53,329 nucleotides of DNA from Actinomycetota bacterium (GTDB taxonomy: Bacteria > Actinomycetota > Actinomycetes > S36-B12), in the NCBI GenBank assembly GCA_041164085.1, contig JBEAQC010000054.1, positions 1 through 53,329 of the forward strand. Direction: 5' to 3'. This document shows positions 37,302-49,834 of this stretch, in pieces (the first letter of the stretch is position 1; each line of letters begins with the position of its first letter). A program made the position numbers and the translations under genes. Under the pieces are notes generated by a model. The model was not told the DNA's origin and searched no databases. It worked only from the letters and a program-made list of their open reading frames with translations.

Positions 37302-38435
37302 ATGCGCATCGTCCTGCTCGGCGCCACCGGCTACACCGGACGCCTCACTGCTGAGGCCATGGTGCGCGCCGGGCTCACCCCGGTCCTCGCGGGACGGCGC
37401 CACGATGCCGTGAGCCGACTCGCGGATCGCCTGGCTCCACTCGCGCCCACGCCCGCGTCGCAGCCCACCATCGCGGTCGCCGATGCCGGCGATGCGATGT
37501 CGGTACGCCGCTTGATCGAGTCCAGCGAGGACGTCCTCGTGTCCACGGTCGGGCCGTTCATGCAGTGGGGCGATGCTGCGATCGAGGCGGCCGTCGACGC
37601 CGGGGCGGCGTACCTCGACTCGACCGGTGAGCCGCCGTTCATCCGCAGCGTGTTCGAGGTGTACGGTCCGCGCGCAGAGGCCACGGGGGCGCGCCTGGTC
37701 ACGGCTTTCGGCTACGACTACGTGCCCGGAAATCTCGCCGGCGCGCTCGTCCTGCGGCGATGCCAGCGCGCAGGGCAGCGAGCGGCACGACTGGACATCG
37801 GTTACTTCATCGACGGGTCATTCGGCATCAGCTCCGGTACGCGCGCCAGCGCCGCGGGCGTCCTGCTCGCACCGAGCTTCGCTCGCAAGGGCGGCACGCT
37901 CGTGGACCGGCGCTCATCTGCCGGGCGCACCCGCGAGTTCGACCTGGGCCGGGGCCGGGTCTGGAAGGGCCTGCCGGTCGCGGGCTCCGAGCACCTGGCC
38001 CTTCCTCTCACCGACGGTGGCATCAGCGATATCGAGGTCTGGCTGGGCTGGGCGGGCAGGTGGACGTCCGCGGCATCGGTCGCAGGTGGCGCCCTCGGCG
38101 CCATCGCAGCGGTCCCCGGTGCAGGTGACCGCGCGATGAAGGCCCTGCGCCAACGGCTCGGGCGCACGACCGGCGAGGGTCCCGACGCTGCCGGACGCGC
38201 CGCGGCACGCACGGTGGTCCAGGCGGAGGCCAGCGACGCGGTGGGGCGCCCGCTCGCGACCGTGCGCCTCGAAGGCCCGTCGCCGTACGACCTCACCGCC
38301 GAACTGCTGGCATGGGGCGCGGCCATGGCCGCCACGCACTCCATGTCACCCGGGGCCCACGGACCCGTCGATGCCTTCGGCCTCGATGCGCTCGAGCGGG
38401 GCTGTGCCGACATCGGCCTGGTCGCGGTTGCGTAG
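37302..38435 (+). CDS. Saccharopine dehydrogenase-like NAD(P)-binding domain protein
   Basis: 377 aa from ATG 37302. MRIVLLGATGYTGRL is a Rossmann GxxGxxG. The overall family call is from memory of actinobacterial homologues. Confidence 0.75.
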   Translation: MRIVLLGATGYTGRLTAEAMVRAGLTPVLAGRRHDAVSRLADRLAPLAPTPASQPTIAVADAGDAMSVRRLIESSEDVLVSTVGPFMQWGDAAIEAAVDAGAAYLDSTGEPPFIRSVFEVYGPRAEATGARLVTAFGYDYVPGNLAGALVLRRCQRAGQRAARLDIGYFIDGSFGISSGTRASAAGVLLAPSFARKGGTLVDRRSSAGRTREFDLGRGRVWKGLPVAGSEHLALPLTDGGISDIEVWLGWAGRWTSAASVAGGALGAIAAVPGAGDRAMKALRQRLGRTTGEGPDAAGRAAARTVVQAEASDAVGRPLATVRLEGPSPYDLTAELLAWGAAMAATHSMSPGAHGPVDAFGLDALERGCADIGLVAVA

Positions 38436-38446
38436 GCGGACCCCCG

Positions 38447-39358
38447 GTGCACGACCTCACAGATAGGCGCGGCCCCGCCCGGGCACAGGGTGTCGACACC
38501 CTCACCGAGTCCGAGTGGCGCTCACGTGCTGCGGCGCACCGGGCTCGTGTCGATCCGTGGATCGCCCCGCGACTGGCACGGCGCACTCGCGGTGAGAGCC
38601 ATCCGGTGGACGACTTCCTCTTCGACTACTACTCCTGGCGTCCGGGACAACTGGCGCGATGGCACCCCGGGATGGGCGTGACGCTCACGGGCAATGTGGG
38701 CGACTTCGTCGGGATGCGCGGCTACGTCGTCGATGAGACGGGCGCCCGCGTCGATGTCTCCGCCCTCCCCCTCGATGTCATGAAGCAGGCGCTGGCCATC
38801 GTCGAAGCAACCGCCTCGAGGACACCATCGTTCACCTGTTTCGGCCGGCACGAGTGGGCCATGGTGTATCGCCTCGATTCGGCGAAGATCAGGCACACTG
38901 CTTGGCCGCTCAGGCTGGATCAGGGCGCCATCGATGCCGTTGTCGAGTCCTCGCCGCTCAGGTGCACCCACTTCGATGCGTTTCGCTTCTACACCGAACC
39001 GGCTAGGCCACTGAACCTCACGGTCCTCACCCGGACGGGTCAGATCCAGACCGAGCAGCCGGGATGCCTCCACGCCACGATGGACCTCTACAAGTGGTGC
39101 TTCCGCTCCTACCCCGCCATCGGGGCTGACCTGACCGCAGACTGCTTCGACCTCGCGCGGGAGGTCCGCACCATCGACATGCGCGCATCGCCGTACGACT
39201 TCAGCGATCTGGGACTGATGCCGATCCGCATCGAGACGCCGCACGGCAGAGGCGAGTACGTCGAGCACCAGCGCGACTTCGCCGAACGCGGAGCACTCCT
39301 GCGTCGCACGCTCATGGAAGCGCTGACACGTGCACTCGATGGCACGGGGTCGCCGTGA
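38447..39358 (+). CDS. Conserved actinobacterial protein of unknown mechanism (I recall RefSeq labelling this family 3-methyladenine DNA glycosylase)
   Basis: 303 aa from GTG 38447. HPVDDFLFDYYSWRPGQLARWHPG and HATMDLYKW motifs. I see no HhH or AlkA/Tag motif by eye. Confidence 0.6.
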   Translation: MHDLTDRRGPARAQGVDTLTESEWRSRAAAHRARVDPWIAPRLARRTRGESHPVDDFLFDYYSWRPGQLARWHPGMGVTLTGNVGDFVGMRGYVVDETGARVDVSALPLDVMKQALAIVEATASRTPSFTCFGRHEWAMVYRLDSAKIRHTAWPLRLDQGAIDAVVESSPLRCTHFDAFRFYTEPARPLNLTVLTRTGQIQTEQPGCLHATMDLYKWCFRSYPAIGADLTADCFDLAREVRTIDMRASPYDFSDLGLMPIRIETPHGRGEYVEHQRDFAERGALLRRTLMEALTRALDGTGSP

Positions 39359-39759
39359 ACGCGCAGGCAGGTGTCGCCCTTCTCCGACTCGCCGCATTCC
39401 TGGTCGCCGCCGTGCTGGTGGGCCTGGTGCTCGCCGTCTTCGCTCGCGGGGCGTCCACATCCGACGAGACCACGGGAATCGCGACAGTGCAGACGGCGGT
39501 CTTCTTCTTCGGCCCACTCGCGGCCATCGCAACCCTGGCGTTCATCGTCGTGCTCGCCCTCACCAGGCCTGTGTCCCTCGCGCTACGCCGGAGAGCCGCT
39601 CGCCTCGTCGCCGTCGCCTATGCGCTCATCGGCGCAGCGCTTGCCATCACGCTCTCCGGGACCTGGTGGGGCCTGCTCGGGGGCACCGCCGCAGCCGTCG
39701 CCGCTGGTCTGTCGTGGTGGTTCCTCGGCCGAGACAACATCGCCTCGACGGGCGACTAG
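39355..39759 (+). CDS. Hypothetical membrane protein (4 TM)
   Basis: 134 aa. GTGA start/stop overlap with the upstream gene. Four hydrophobic helices. No family recognised. Confidence 0.65.
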   Translation: MNAQAGVALLRLAAFLVAAVLVGLVLAVFARGASTSDETTGIATVQTAVFFFGPLAAIATLAFIVVLALTRPVSLALRRRAARLVAVAYALIGAALAITLSGTWWGLLGGTAAAVAAGLSWWFLGRDNIASTGD

Positions 39760-40643
39760 GCCCTCGGGTACGGCGCGCCTGCGGCGTCGAGTTCAGCGAG
39801 GATTTCGTCATAGCGAGCATCGATGCGGGCGGCTGTCGCCTCGTCGTAGTCGCGGCGCCACCGCCCTATGTGCGCCTGCTGAGGCAGCACATGCGAGTCG
39901 AACCATTCGCTCATCCGCCTATCCGGAGCCACGTCGATCGCGTCGAGCAGCGCGGCAAGGGTCTCCTGGCGTTCGGTGACGCTCAACGCGTGCAGGTCGA
40001 CACGGTGGAATCGTCCGGGCGGGCAGGCCAACTCTGCCCGGTGAGCCTCCAACATGCGGTCACGCCACGCATCGAGCGCGGCGAAGACGTCTCGCGGGCC
40101 GAAGGATTTGGAGACGAAGGAGGCTGCAACGTCACGACCATCGCGCATCATGTGGACCACCACGCCCTCGGGAAAGAGCGCGAGCACTCGATCCGCAACG
40201 CGGGCGTTGGCCGGCGTCGTGTCGACCCATCGAGGCTTGCCGCTCGCTTCACCGCGGGCTCCCGATTCCGGGCCCGAGGACACGATGGTCTCGGCGAAGT
40301 GCCGCGAAGCCGTGTAGGGATCGGTGGCGAAGGCAGCGACATAGTCGTCGCAGGCCTGGCGCATGTGGGCCTCGTCGAGTCGCCGAAAAAGGCCCGAGCG
40401 CGCCCCCGACGGCTTGACGCGCACGTACCAGTGCTCCCAGAGGGCTTCGACGACCTGATCGGGAGAGACGAGGCCGACGTAGGCATCCGCGACACCTCCG
40501 CGCGAGGCGATGAAGCGAAGCTCACGGGGATTGGTCGCGCGCAGATCCCGATGGTGACCAAGCAGGCGTCCCGCGATGGTGGTGCCACTGCGCCCGGTGC
40601 CGCCGACGAAGACGGGACGGTCCGGCGCCCGCCAGTCGGTCAT
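39756..40643 (-). CDS. Sulfotransferase family protein
   Basis: 295 aa from ATG 40643. VFVGGTGRSGTTIAGRLLGHH is the PAPS 5'-phosphosulfate-binding loop typical of bacterial sulfotransferases. The track ORF start (40733) would overlap secA. Confidence 0.75.
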   Translation of the reverse strand: MTDWRAPDRPVFVGGTGRSGTTIAGRLLGHHRDLRATNPRELRFIASRGGVADAYVGLVSPDQVVEALWEHWYVRVKPSGARSGLFRRLDEAHMRQACDDYVAAFATDPYTASRHFAETIVSSGPESGARGEASGKPRWVDTTPANARVADRVLALFPEGVVVHMMRDGRDVAASFVSKSFGPRDVFAALDAWRDRMLEAHRAELACPPGRFHRVDLHALSVTERQETLAALLDAIDVAPDRRMSEWFDSHVLPQQAHIGRWRRDYDEATAARIDARYDEILAELDAAGAPYPRA

Positions 40644-40653
40644 GGGGCCGATC

Positions 40654-43434
<2,781 letters not shown>

Positions 43435-43499
43435 CGGCTCATCCTAGACGGGGGCGCGGTCGACCCGGCAGGCAGCGGAGCGCCGGCCGCCAAGGCTGC

Positions 43500-44132
43500 C
43501 TAATCGATCCGCACGAGCCCCCAGCGCGCCGCGCGGACGACAGCCTCGGTGCGCGAGCGCACCTGGAGCTTCTCAAAGAGCCGCCGCACGTGATTCTTCA
43601 CCGTGTTGTCGCTGATGACGAGGAGTTCCGCGATTTCGTGATTGGTGTGGCCCGCGCAGAGCAGGTCCAGCACCTGCACCTCACGCCGCGTGAGTTCGGG
43701 CAACCTTGCTGAACCCCCGGGATTCGCCTGACCTGCATTGATGACGACGCGACCATCGGCGACCGCGCGTGCAGTCTGGACCAGTCCGGCCTCGTCGATA
43801 TCCCGGTCGACCACCCCGGTCGCACCCGCAGCGACAAGCTCGGCGATGAGGCCCGGGGTCACTCCATCGACGAGTACCACGAGCGGTGTGCCGTCCGCCC
43901 CTGCCCGCAGGCGCTCGATCTCCGCCGCTGATGCACCGGCGGGGAAGTCCCACACGATGATGCGTGGTTGCTCGGCATGGGAATGATCCACGCTCGACTC
44001 GTCTCGCACTCGCCAGCCCGCGTCCTCGAGCGCTGCCGCGACGCCCCGTCGCACGACGGGGGTCGCCGTGACGACGAGGGCAACGGGAGGAGTCTGGGTC
44101 GCCACGGCGACCAGTGTGCTGGACCCGGTCAT
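43500..44132 (-). CDS. LuxR/NarL-family regulator with a degenerate (pseudo-)receiver domain
   Basis: 210 aa from ATG 44132. C-terminal [52 protein letters not shown] is a LuxR HTH. The N-terminal receiver-like fold lacks the acidic pair (VVTATP instead of DD), the Thr/Ser, and the Lys (K to R). The 511-aa track ORF is over-extended. Confidence 0.8.
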   Translation of the reverse strand: MTGSSTLVAVATQTPPVALVVTATPVVRRGVAAALEDAGWRVRDESSVDHSHAEQPRIIVWDFPAGASAAEIERLRAGADGTPLVVLVDGVTPGLIAELVAAGATGVVDRDIDEAGLVQTARAVADGRVVINAGQANPGGSARLPELTRREVQVLDLLCAGHTNHEIAELLVISDNTVKNHVRRLFEKLQVRSRTEAVVRAARWGLVRID

Positions 44133-44881
44133 CACCGACGCCGGGAGGTCGCGGCGATGGCTGCAGCGCTCACGTCGACCACCCCGACGGCCCTCAGGGC
44201 GCGCATCGCCTCGGCCAGAGTTGATCCGGTCGTGACGATGTCGTCCACGATGACGACGGACGACCGACGCGGTGGTCGCGCGCAGCCGATGGCGCCATCC
44301 AGATTGACGAAGCGCTCCACGGCACTGAGCGCCGACTGATCGCGCGGCTGTCGACGCAGTGTCAGGGCACGGTCGAGTTCCGCGGATCCGCCCGCACGGC
44401 GGATGATGTCCACGGCCATCCTCGCGACGCGACCCCACGCATCTTCGCCTCGAGTTCGATGAGATGAGCGCGACGATGGAATGGGCACGACGCTGAATGC
44501 CAACGACAGCGGCACGCCGCCGTCCTGCCTGGCCGCGGCAATCGCATGCGTCAGCGCGCGGGCAAGATGACCGGCAACATCGCGGCGACCGCGCTCCTTC
44601 CATGCCGTGATCGCCGCGCGGGTCGATCCCGCGTAGGGGGCGATGACCCACGTCGGTGGCCACGTCGACGGCGCGGGAGTTGGGGTATGGCACCGAGGGG
44701 CTTTGAGCAGGGGCGACGCGCAATCGCGGCAGAGTGCCCGTCCTGGCCGATCGCAGCCCGCGCAGCGCGGAGGAGCTCCCAGGGACACGATGTCCTCGAT
44801 CCCTGTGCTCACGGTGACCCACGCTCCGCAGGTGACGGATGTGGCGAGCTGAGACCAGGTGCGGGCGCGCGGGGAATCCAT
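44132..44881 (-). CDS. ComF family protein (phosphoribosyltransferase domain)
   Basis: 249 aa from ATG 44881. [18 protein letters not shown] zinc-finger-like N-terminus and [18 protein letters not shown] motif. It forms the 3' part of the 558-aa track ORF. Confidence 0.85.
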   Translation of the reverse strand: MDSPRARTWSQLATSVTCGAWVTVSTGIEDIVSLGAPPRCAGCDRPGRALCRDCASPLLKAPRCHTPTPAPSTWPPTWVIAPYAGSTRAAITAWKERGRRDVAGHLARALTHAIAAARQDGGVPLSLAFSVVPIPSSRSSHRTRGEDAWGRVARMAVDIIRRAGGSAELDRALTLRRQPRDQSALSAVERFVNLDGAIGCARPPRRSSVVIVDDIVTTGSTLAEAMRALRAVGVVDVSAAAIAATSRRR

Positions 44882-45055
44882 AGGCCATTGATGTCCGGGC
44901 GTCGTTCCACCACAGCGCGGCGGCAGACCTTCGTGGACAACACGCGGCCGACGTGCCTGTGCACACGCGGGGAGGTAGGCTGAAGCCACGCCCGCCGGAC
45001 CATCGAAGCCTCGTGACGTCCGACGGCCCCACCACCCCCTTCGAGGTGCACTCCC

Positions 45056-46519
<1,464 letters not shown>

Positions 46520-46530
46520 TCCACTCGCAT

Positions 46531-46599
46531 CACGCACCAGCGCCTCGAATTCCGCATCCCATCGCATCCGCGACGTGGAATTCGAGGCGTTGGTGCGTG
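46531..46599 (+). terminator. Long hairpin (23-bp stem, 23-nt loop) 12 nt after the ahcY stop
   Basis: 46531..46553 (CACGCACCAGCGCCTCGAATTCC) pairs with 46577..46599 (GGAATTCGAGGCGTTGGTGCGTG), with one G.U. The loop is GCATCCCATCGCATCCGCGACGT. No U tract follows. Confidence 0.45.
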
Positions 46600-46646
46600 C
46601 ACTCGGCGAATCGCGTCCCCGCCGCGCCCTGACCTAGGCTGACAGG

Positions 46647-47507
46647 GTGAGCGATGAGCGACCAGACGCGGGAACGCCCGAAGGCACAATGCCTCCCGCA
46701 GCACCTGGTCTGGCAACCCCTCAGGCCGTCACCGCTGCACCGACATGGAGCCAGCCCGGGCTCCGGCAGCGCGCCCCCGCGAACTATCCGGGCTGTCCCA
46801 TCACCGTCGACATCGCCCTGGCGCGCGGCCGCACACTCATTCCACCGCGATGGGGAATCCCCGACGCGATCATCCCTCTGCTCGGCTTCGTCCTCATCTC
46901 GGTGGCGGTCGTCGCCCTCGGCAGCCTTCTCAACCTGCCGCTGACGTGGCTGCTCATCCTCGGTGTCGCCCTTCCCTGGATCGCCCTGGCCGGCTGGCCC
47001 CTGCTCACCACGTCCTTCCAGGGCAACGGACCTGTCATCGACCTCGGTCTCAGACTGACCTGGCGGGACGTCGGCTGGGGTGTCATCGGGGGGTTCGCCG
47101 CACTCATGGCCGGCGGCGCCATCGCGCTCGTCCTCCAGGCGATCTTCGGTGACTTCAGCTCGGCGGCCGGAGAGGTCGGCGAGCAGCTGCGAGACGACGG
47201 GCCGCTCTTCGCCGTCGTGGTCTTCGCCCTATGCGTGGCGATCGGCGCCCCCATCGCGGAGGAGATCGCCTTCCGCGGGATGGCCTACAACGCTCTCGCG
47301 AAGCGCGGCCTCAACACAGCCTGGGTCATCGCCATCACCACCGTGGCCTTCAGCCTGTTCCACCTCGAGCCCATCCGCGCGCCGATCCTCCTGGCGAGCG
47401 GCTTGGTCCTCGGCATCCTGCGCTGGAGGACCCGCAGCCTGGGGGCCCCCATCATCGCTCACGCCGTCAACAACCTGCCAGGAGCAGCATTCCTGCTCCT
47501 GGGATGA
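46647..47507 (+). CDS. CPBP family intramembrane glutamic endopeptidase (CAAX protease-like)
   Basis: 286 aa. APIAEEIAFRG (EExxxR), FSLFHLE (FxxxH) and HAVNN (HxxxN) motifs, with multiple TM helices. The start could instead be ATG 46689. Confidence 0.85.
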   Translation: MSDERPDAGTPEGTMPPAAPGLATPQAVTAAPTWSQPGLRQRAPANYPGCPITVDIALARGRTLIPPRWGIPDAIIPLLGFVLISVAVVALGSLLNLPLTWLLILGVALPWIALAGWPLLTTSFQGNGPVIDLGLRLTWRDVGWGVIGGFAALMAGGAIALVLQAIFGDFSSAAGEVGEQLRDDGPLFAVVVFALCVAIGAPIAEEIAFRGMAYNALAKRGLNTAWVIAITTVAFSLFHLEPIRAPILLASGLVLGILRWRTRSLGAPIIAHAVNNLPGAAFLLLG

Positions 47508-47519
47508 CACCATGGGCAC

Positions 47520-48197
47520 ATGAGGGGTCGAGTCCTGGTCGTCGATGACGATGTCGCGCTGGCAGAGATGCTCGGCATCGTGCTGCGCGGCGAAGGCTTC
47601 GATCCCGTCTTCTGCGCCGACGGCAGCGAGGCTCTCCAGGCCTTCCGCGACTCGCGGCCCGACATCATCCTGCTCGACCTCATGCTTCCCGGCATGGACG
47701 GGATCGATGTTTGCCGCGCCATCAGGCAGGAATCCGGCGTACCGATCGTCATGCTCACCGCGAAGAACGACACCGTCGATGTCGTCCTGGGCCTCGAGTC
47801 AGGTGCTGACGACTACATCGTCAAGCCCTTCAAGCCCAAGGAACTCGTCGCCCGGCTACGTGCGCGAGTGCGCCGAAGTGATGACCCGAGCACGGGCACG
47901 CTCGAGATCGGTGACGTGACCATCGACGTCGCCGGGCATGTCGTGCGCCGTGGCGACCGGATCATTCCCCTGACCCCGCTGGAGTTCGATCTGCTCGTGT
48001 GTCTGGCTCGCAAGCCTTTCCAGGTCTTCACGCGCGAGGTCCTCCTGCAGGAAGTCTGGGGTTATCGTCACGCCGCGGACACCCGCCTGGTCAATGTGCA
48101 CGTCCAGCGCTTGCGCGCGAAGATCGAGCACGATCCGGAGCACCCTGAGATCGTGCTCACCGTGCGCGGCGTGGGATACAAGGCCGGCCCACCATGA
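47520..48197 (+). CDS. mtrA: OmpR-family response regulator MtrA
   Basis: 225 aa. VLVVDDD, ILLDLMLPGMDG, MLTAK and KPF receiver motifs, with a winged-helix C-terminus. Followed by mtrB and lpqB. Confidence 0.95.
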   Translation: MRGRVLVVDDDVALAEMLGIVLRGEGFDPVFCADGSEALQAFRDSRPDIILLDLMLPGMDGIDVCRAIRQESGVPIVMLTAKNDTVDVVLGLESGADDYIVKPFKPKELVARLRARVRRSDDPSTGTLEIGDVTIDVAGHVVRRGDRIIPLTPLEFDLLVCLARKPFQVFTREVLLQEVWGYRHAADTRLVNVHVQRLRAKIEHDPEHPEIVLTVRGVGYKAGPP

Positions 48198-49834
48198 CGG
48201 CCGGCCCGACGAGTCCCCCGACTCGGAGGGCTCACTCGGCCCCATCGTCGCTTCTCGCCCCGTGGCGGCGCTCACTCCTGCTGCGCGTCACGCTCACGAC
48301 CCTCGCGCTGTCGGCGCTCGTCATGGCCATACTCGGCTTCCTCCTCCTGTCCCGCGTGACGACGGGACTGCTCGATGCAGCCGAACGCACCGCGGTGACC
48401 GAGGCGAGCGCCGGACTCGTCGACGCCCAGCGAATCTCCGCGGCCGCAGCGTCCGCCGCCAACGCCACGTCGCCCGCGAGCGTGGTCGACACGATCGTGG
48501 CATCGCTGGCGTCCCGGGCGGGCAATCCTCCGCAGTACGACGTCCTGATGCTCGCGGGCGAGACCGGGGGCGGTGCTGCCCCCGAGCGAGGTACCAATCT
48601 GGTGTCCGACGCAAGCGTGCCACCGGAATTGCGCGCAGCCGTGCTCCTCACCGAACGCCAGTCCTGGACCTACACCGAGATCAGGTATCTCGACGGTCGG
48701 AGCGCACCGGGAATCGTGGTGGGCGCTCCCCTCGCCGTGACCGACGTCGGCACCTACGAGCTCTACTACCTCTTCCCCCTCACGGATGAAGAGTCGACCC
48801 TCGACCTCGTGCGCAGCACCGTCATCGGCACAGGGATCCTGCTGGTCGTGCTGCTCGGCGTGGTCGCCGCCATCGTCACTCGCCAGGTCGTCGCTCCGGT
48901 CCGATCCGCAGCCCGCGTCGCGGAGCAATTCTCCGACGGCCACCTGCGCGAGCGCATGGCCGTGCGCGGCGAGGATGACCTCGCCCGCTTGGCCATGGCC
49001 TTCAACGACATGGCCGCGAGCCTGGAGCAGCAGATCCATCGGCTCGAGGAGCTCTCCGCGGTCCAGCAGCGATTCGTATCCGACGTCTCGCACGAGCTCC
49101 GCACGCCACTCACCACCATTCGCATGGCCGCCGACCTGCTCTTCGAGAGCCGAGCCGATTTGGACCCGCCGACGGCACGGTCGGCCGAACTCCTCCAGAC
49201 TCAGTTGGATCGCTTCGAGAACCTGCTGAGCGACCTGTTGGAGATCTCGCGCTACGACGCCGGGGCCGCCGTCCTTGACCTGGAGACGGTCGACCTGGTC
49301 TCGCTCGTCACACGCGCGGCTGAATCGAGTCGGCCCCTCGCCGATCGGCGCGGTAGCACGGTTACCGTGACCGCCCTCACTGAGCCGTGTCCCGTGGAGT
49401 GCGATCCACGCAGAATTGATCGCGTCATGCGCAATCTGCTCGACAACGCGATCGAGCACGGTGAAGGACATCCGATCGAGATCACCATCGCCAGCGATGG
49501 AACCGCCGCGGCCGTCACGGTGCGCGATCACGGCGTGGGACTGTCCGATGCTGATATCGCGCACGTCTTCGACCGGTTCTGGCGAGCCGATCCCGCACGG
49601 GCCCGAACGACTGGCGGCACAGGACTGGGCCTGTCGATCGCCATGGAGGATACGAGACTGCACGCGGGCTGGCTCGAGGCATGGGGTCAGCCGGGCGTCG
49701 GCGCGTGCTTCCGCCTCACGCTCCCCTGCCGCGCCGACGTCGCTCTCGAGGTATCGCCCCTGCCCCTCGTCGACAGCGACGCCGGCGTCACCGCCGAGAT
49801 CACCCCGGAGCTGGCAACCGAGGTGCGCGCATGA
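48194..49834 (+). CDS. mtrB: Sensor histidine kinase MtrB
   Basis: 546 aa. Two TM helices, HAMP, H box FVSDVSHELRTPL, N/G boxes NLLDNAIEHG and GGTGLGLSIA. ATGA overlap with mtrA. Confidence 0.94.
   Translation: MTAGPTSPPTRRAHSAPSSLLAPWRRSLLLRVTLTTLALSALVMAILGFLLLSRVTTGLLDAAERTAVTEASAGLVDAQRISAAAASAANATSPASVVDTIVASLASRAGNPPQYDVLMLAGETGGGAAPERGTNLVSDASVPPELRAAVLLTERQSWTYTEIRYLDGRSAPGIVVGAPLAVTDVGTYELYYLFPLTDEESTLDLVRSTVIGTGILLVVLLGVVAAIVTRQVVAPVRSAARVAEQFSDGHLRERMAVRGEDDLARLAMAFNDMAASLEQQIHRLEELSAVQQRFVSDVSHELRTPLTTIRMAADLLFESRADLDPPTARSAELLQTQLDRFENLLSDLLEISRYDAGAAVLDLETVDLVSLVTRAAESSRPLADRRGSTVTVTALTEPCPVECDPRRIDRVMRNLLDNAIEHGEGHPIEITIASDGTAAAVTVRDHGVGLSDADIAHVFDRFWRADPARARTTGGTGLGLSIAMEDTRLHAGWLEAWGQPGVGACFRLTLPCRADVALEVSPLPLVDSDAGVTAEITPELATEVRA

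Noticed and set aside
38488-38501. A perfect 14-bp palindrome, GGGTGTCGACACCC, near the 5' end of the DUF gene.
   Set aside because: It lies 41 nt inside the most plausible coding start, has no partner sites, and short GC palindromes containing a SalI site are not rare at this GC content.
44966-45030. A possible SAH riboswitch in the 174-nt ahcY leader. GGGGAGGTAGGCTGAAGCC...AAGCCTCG...GACGGCCCCAC loosely echoes my memory of the consensus GAGGAGCGCUGC...CAGGCUCG...AACGGCGCUCAC.
   Set aside because: I cannot draw the P1/P2/P4 pseudoknot topology with these segments, and several invariant positions differ. An Infernal search with Rfam RF01057 over 44882..45055 would settle it; a hit above threshold would overturn this rejection.
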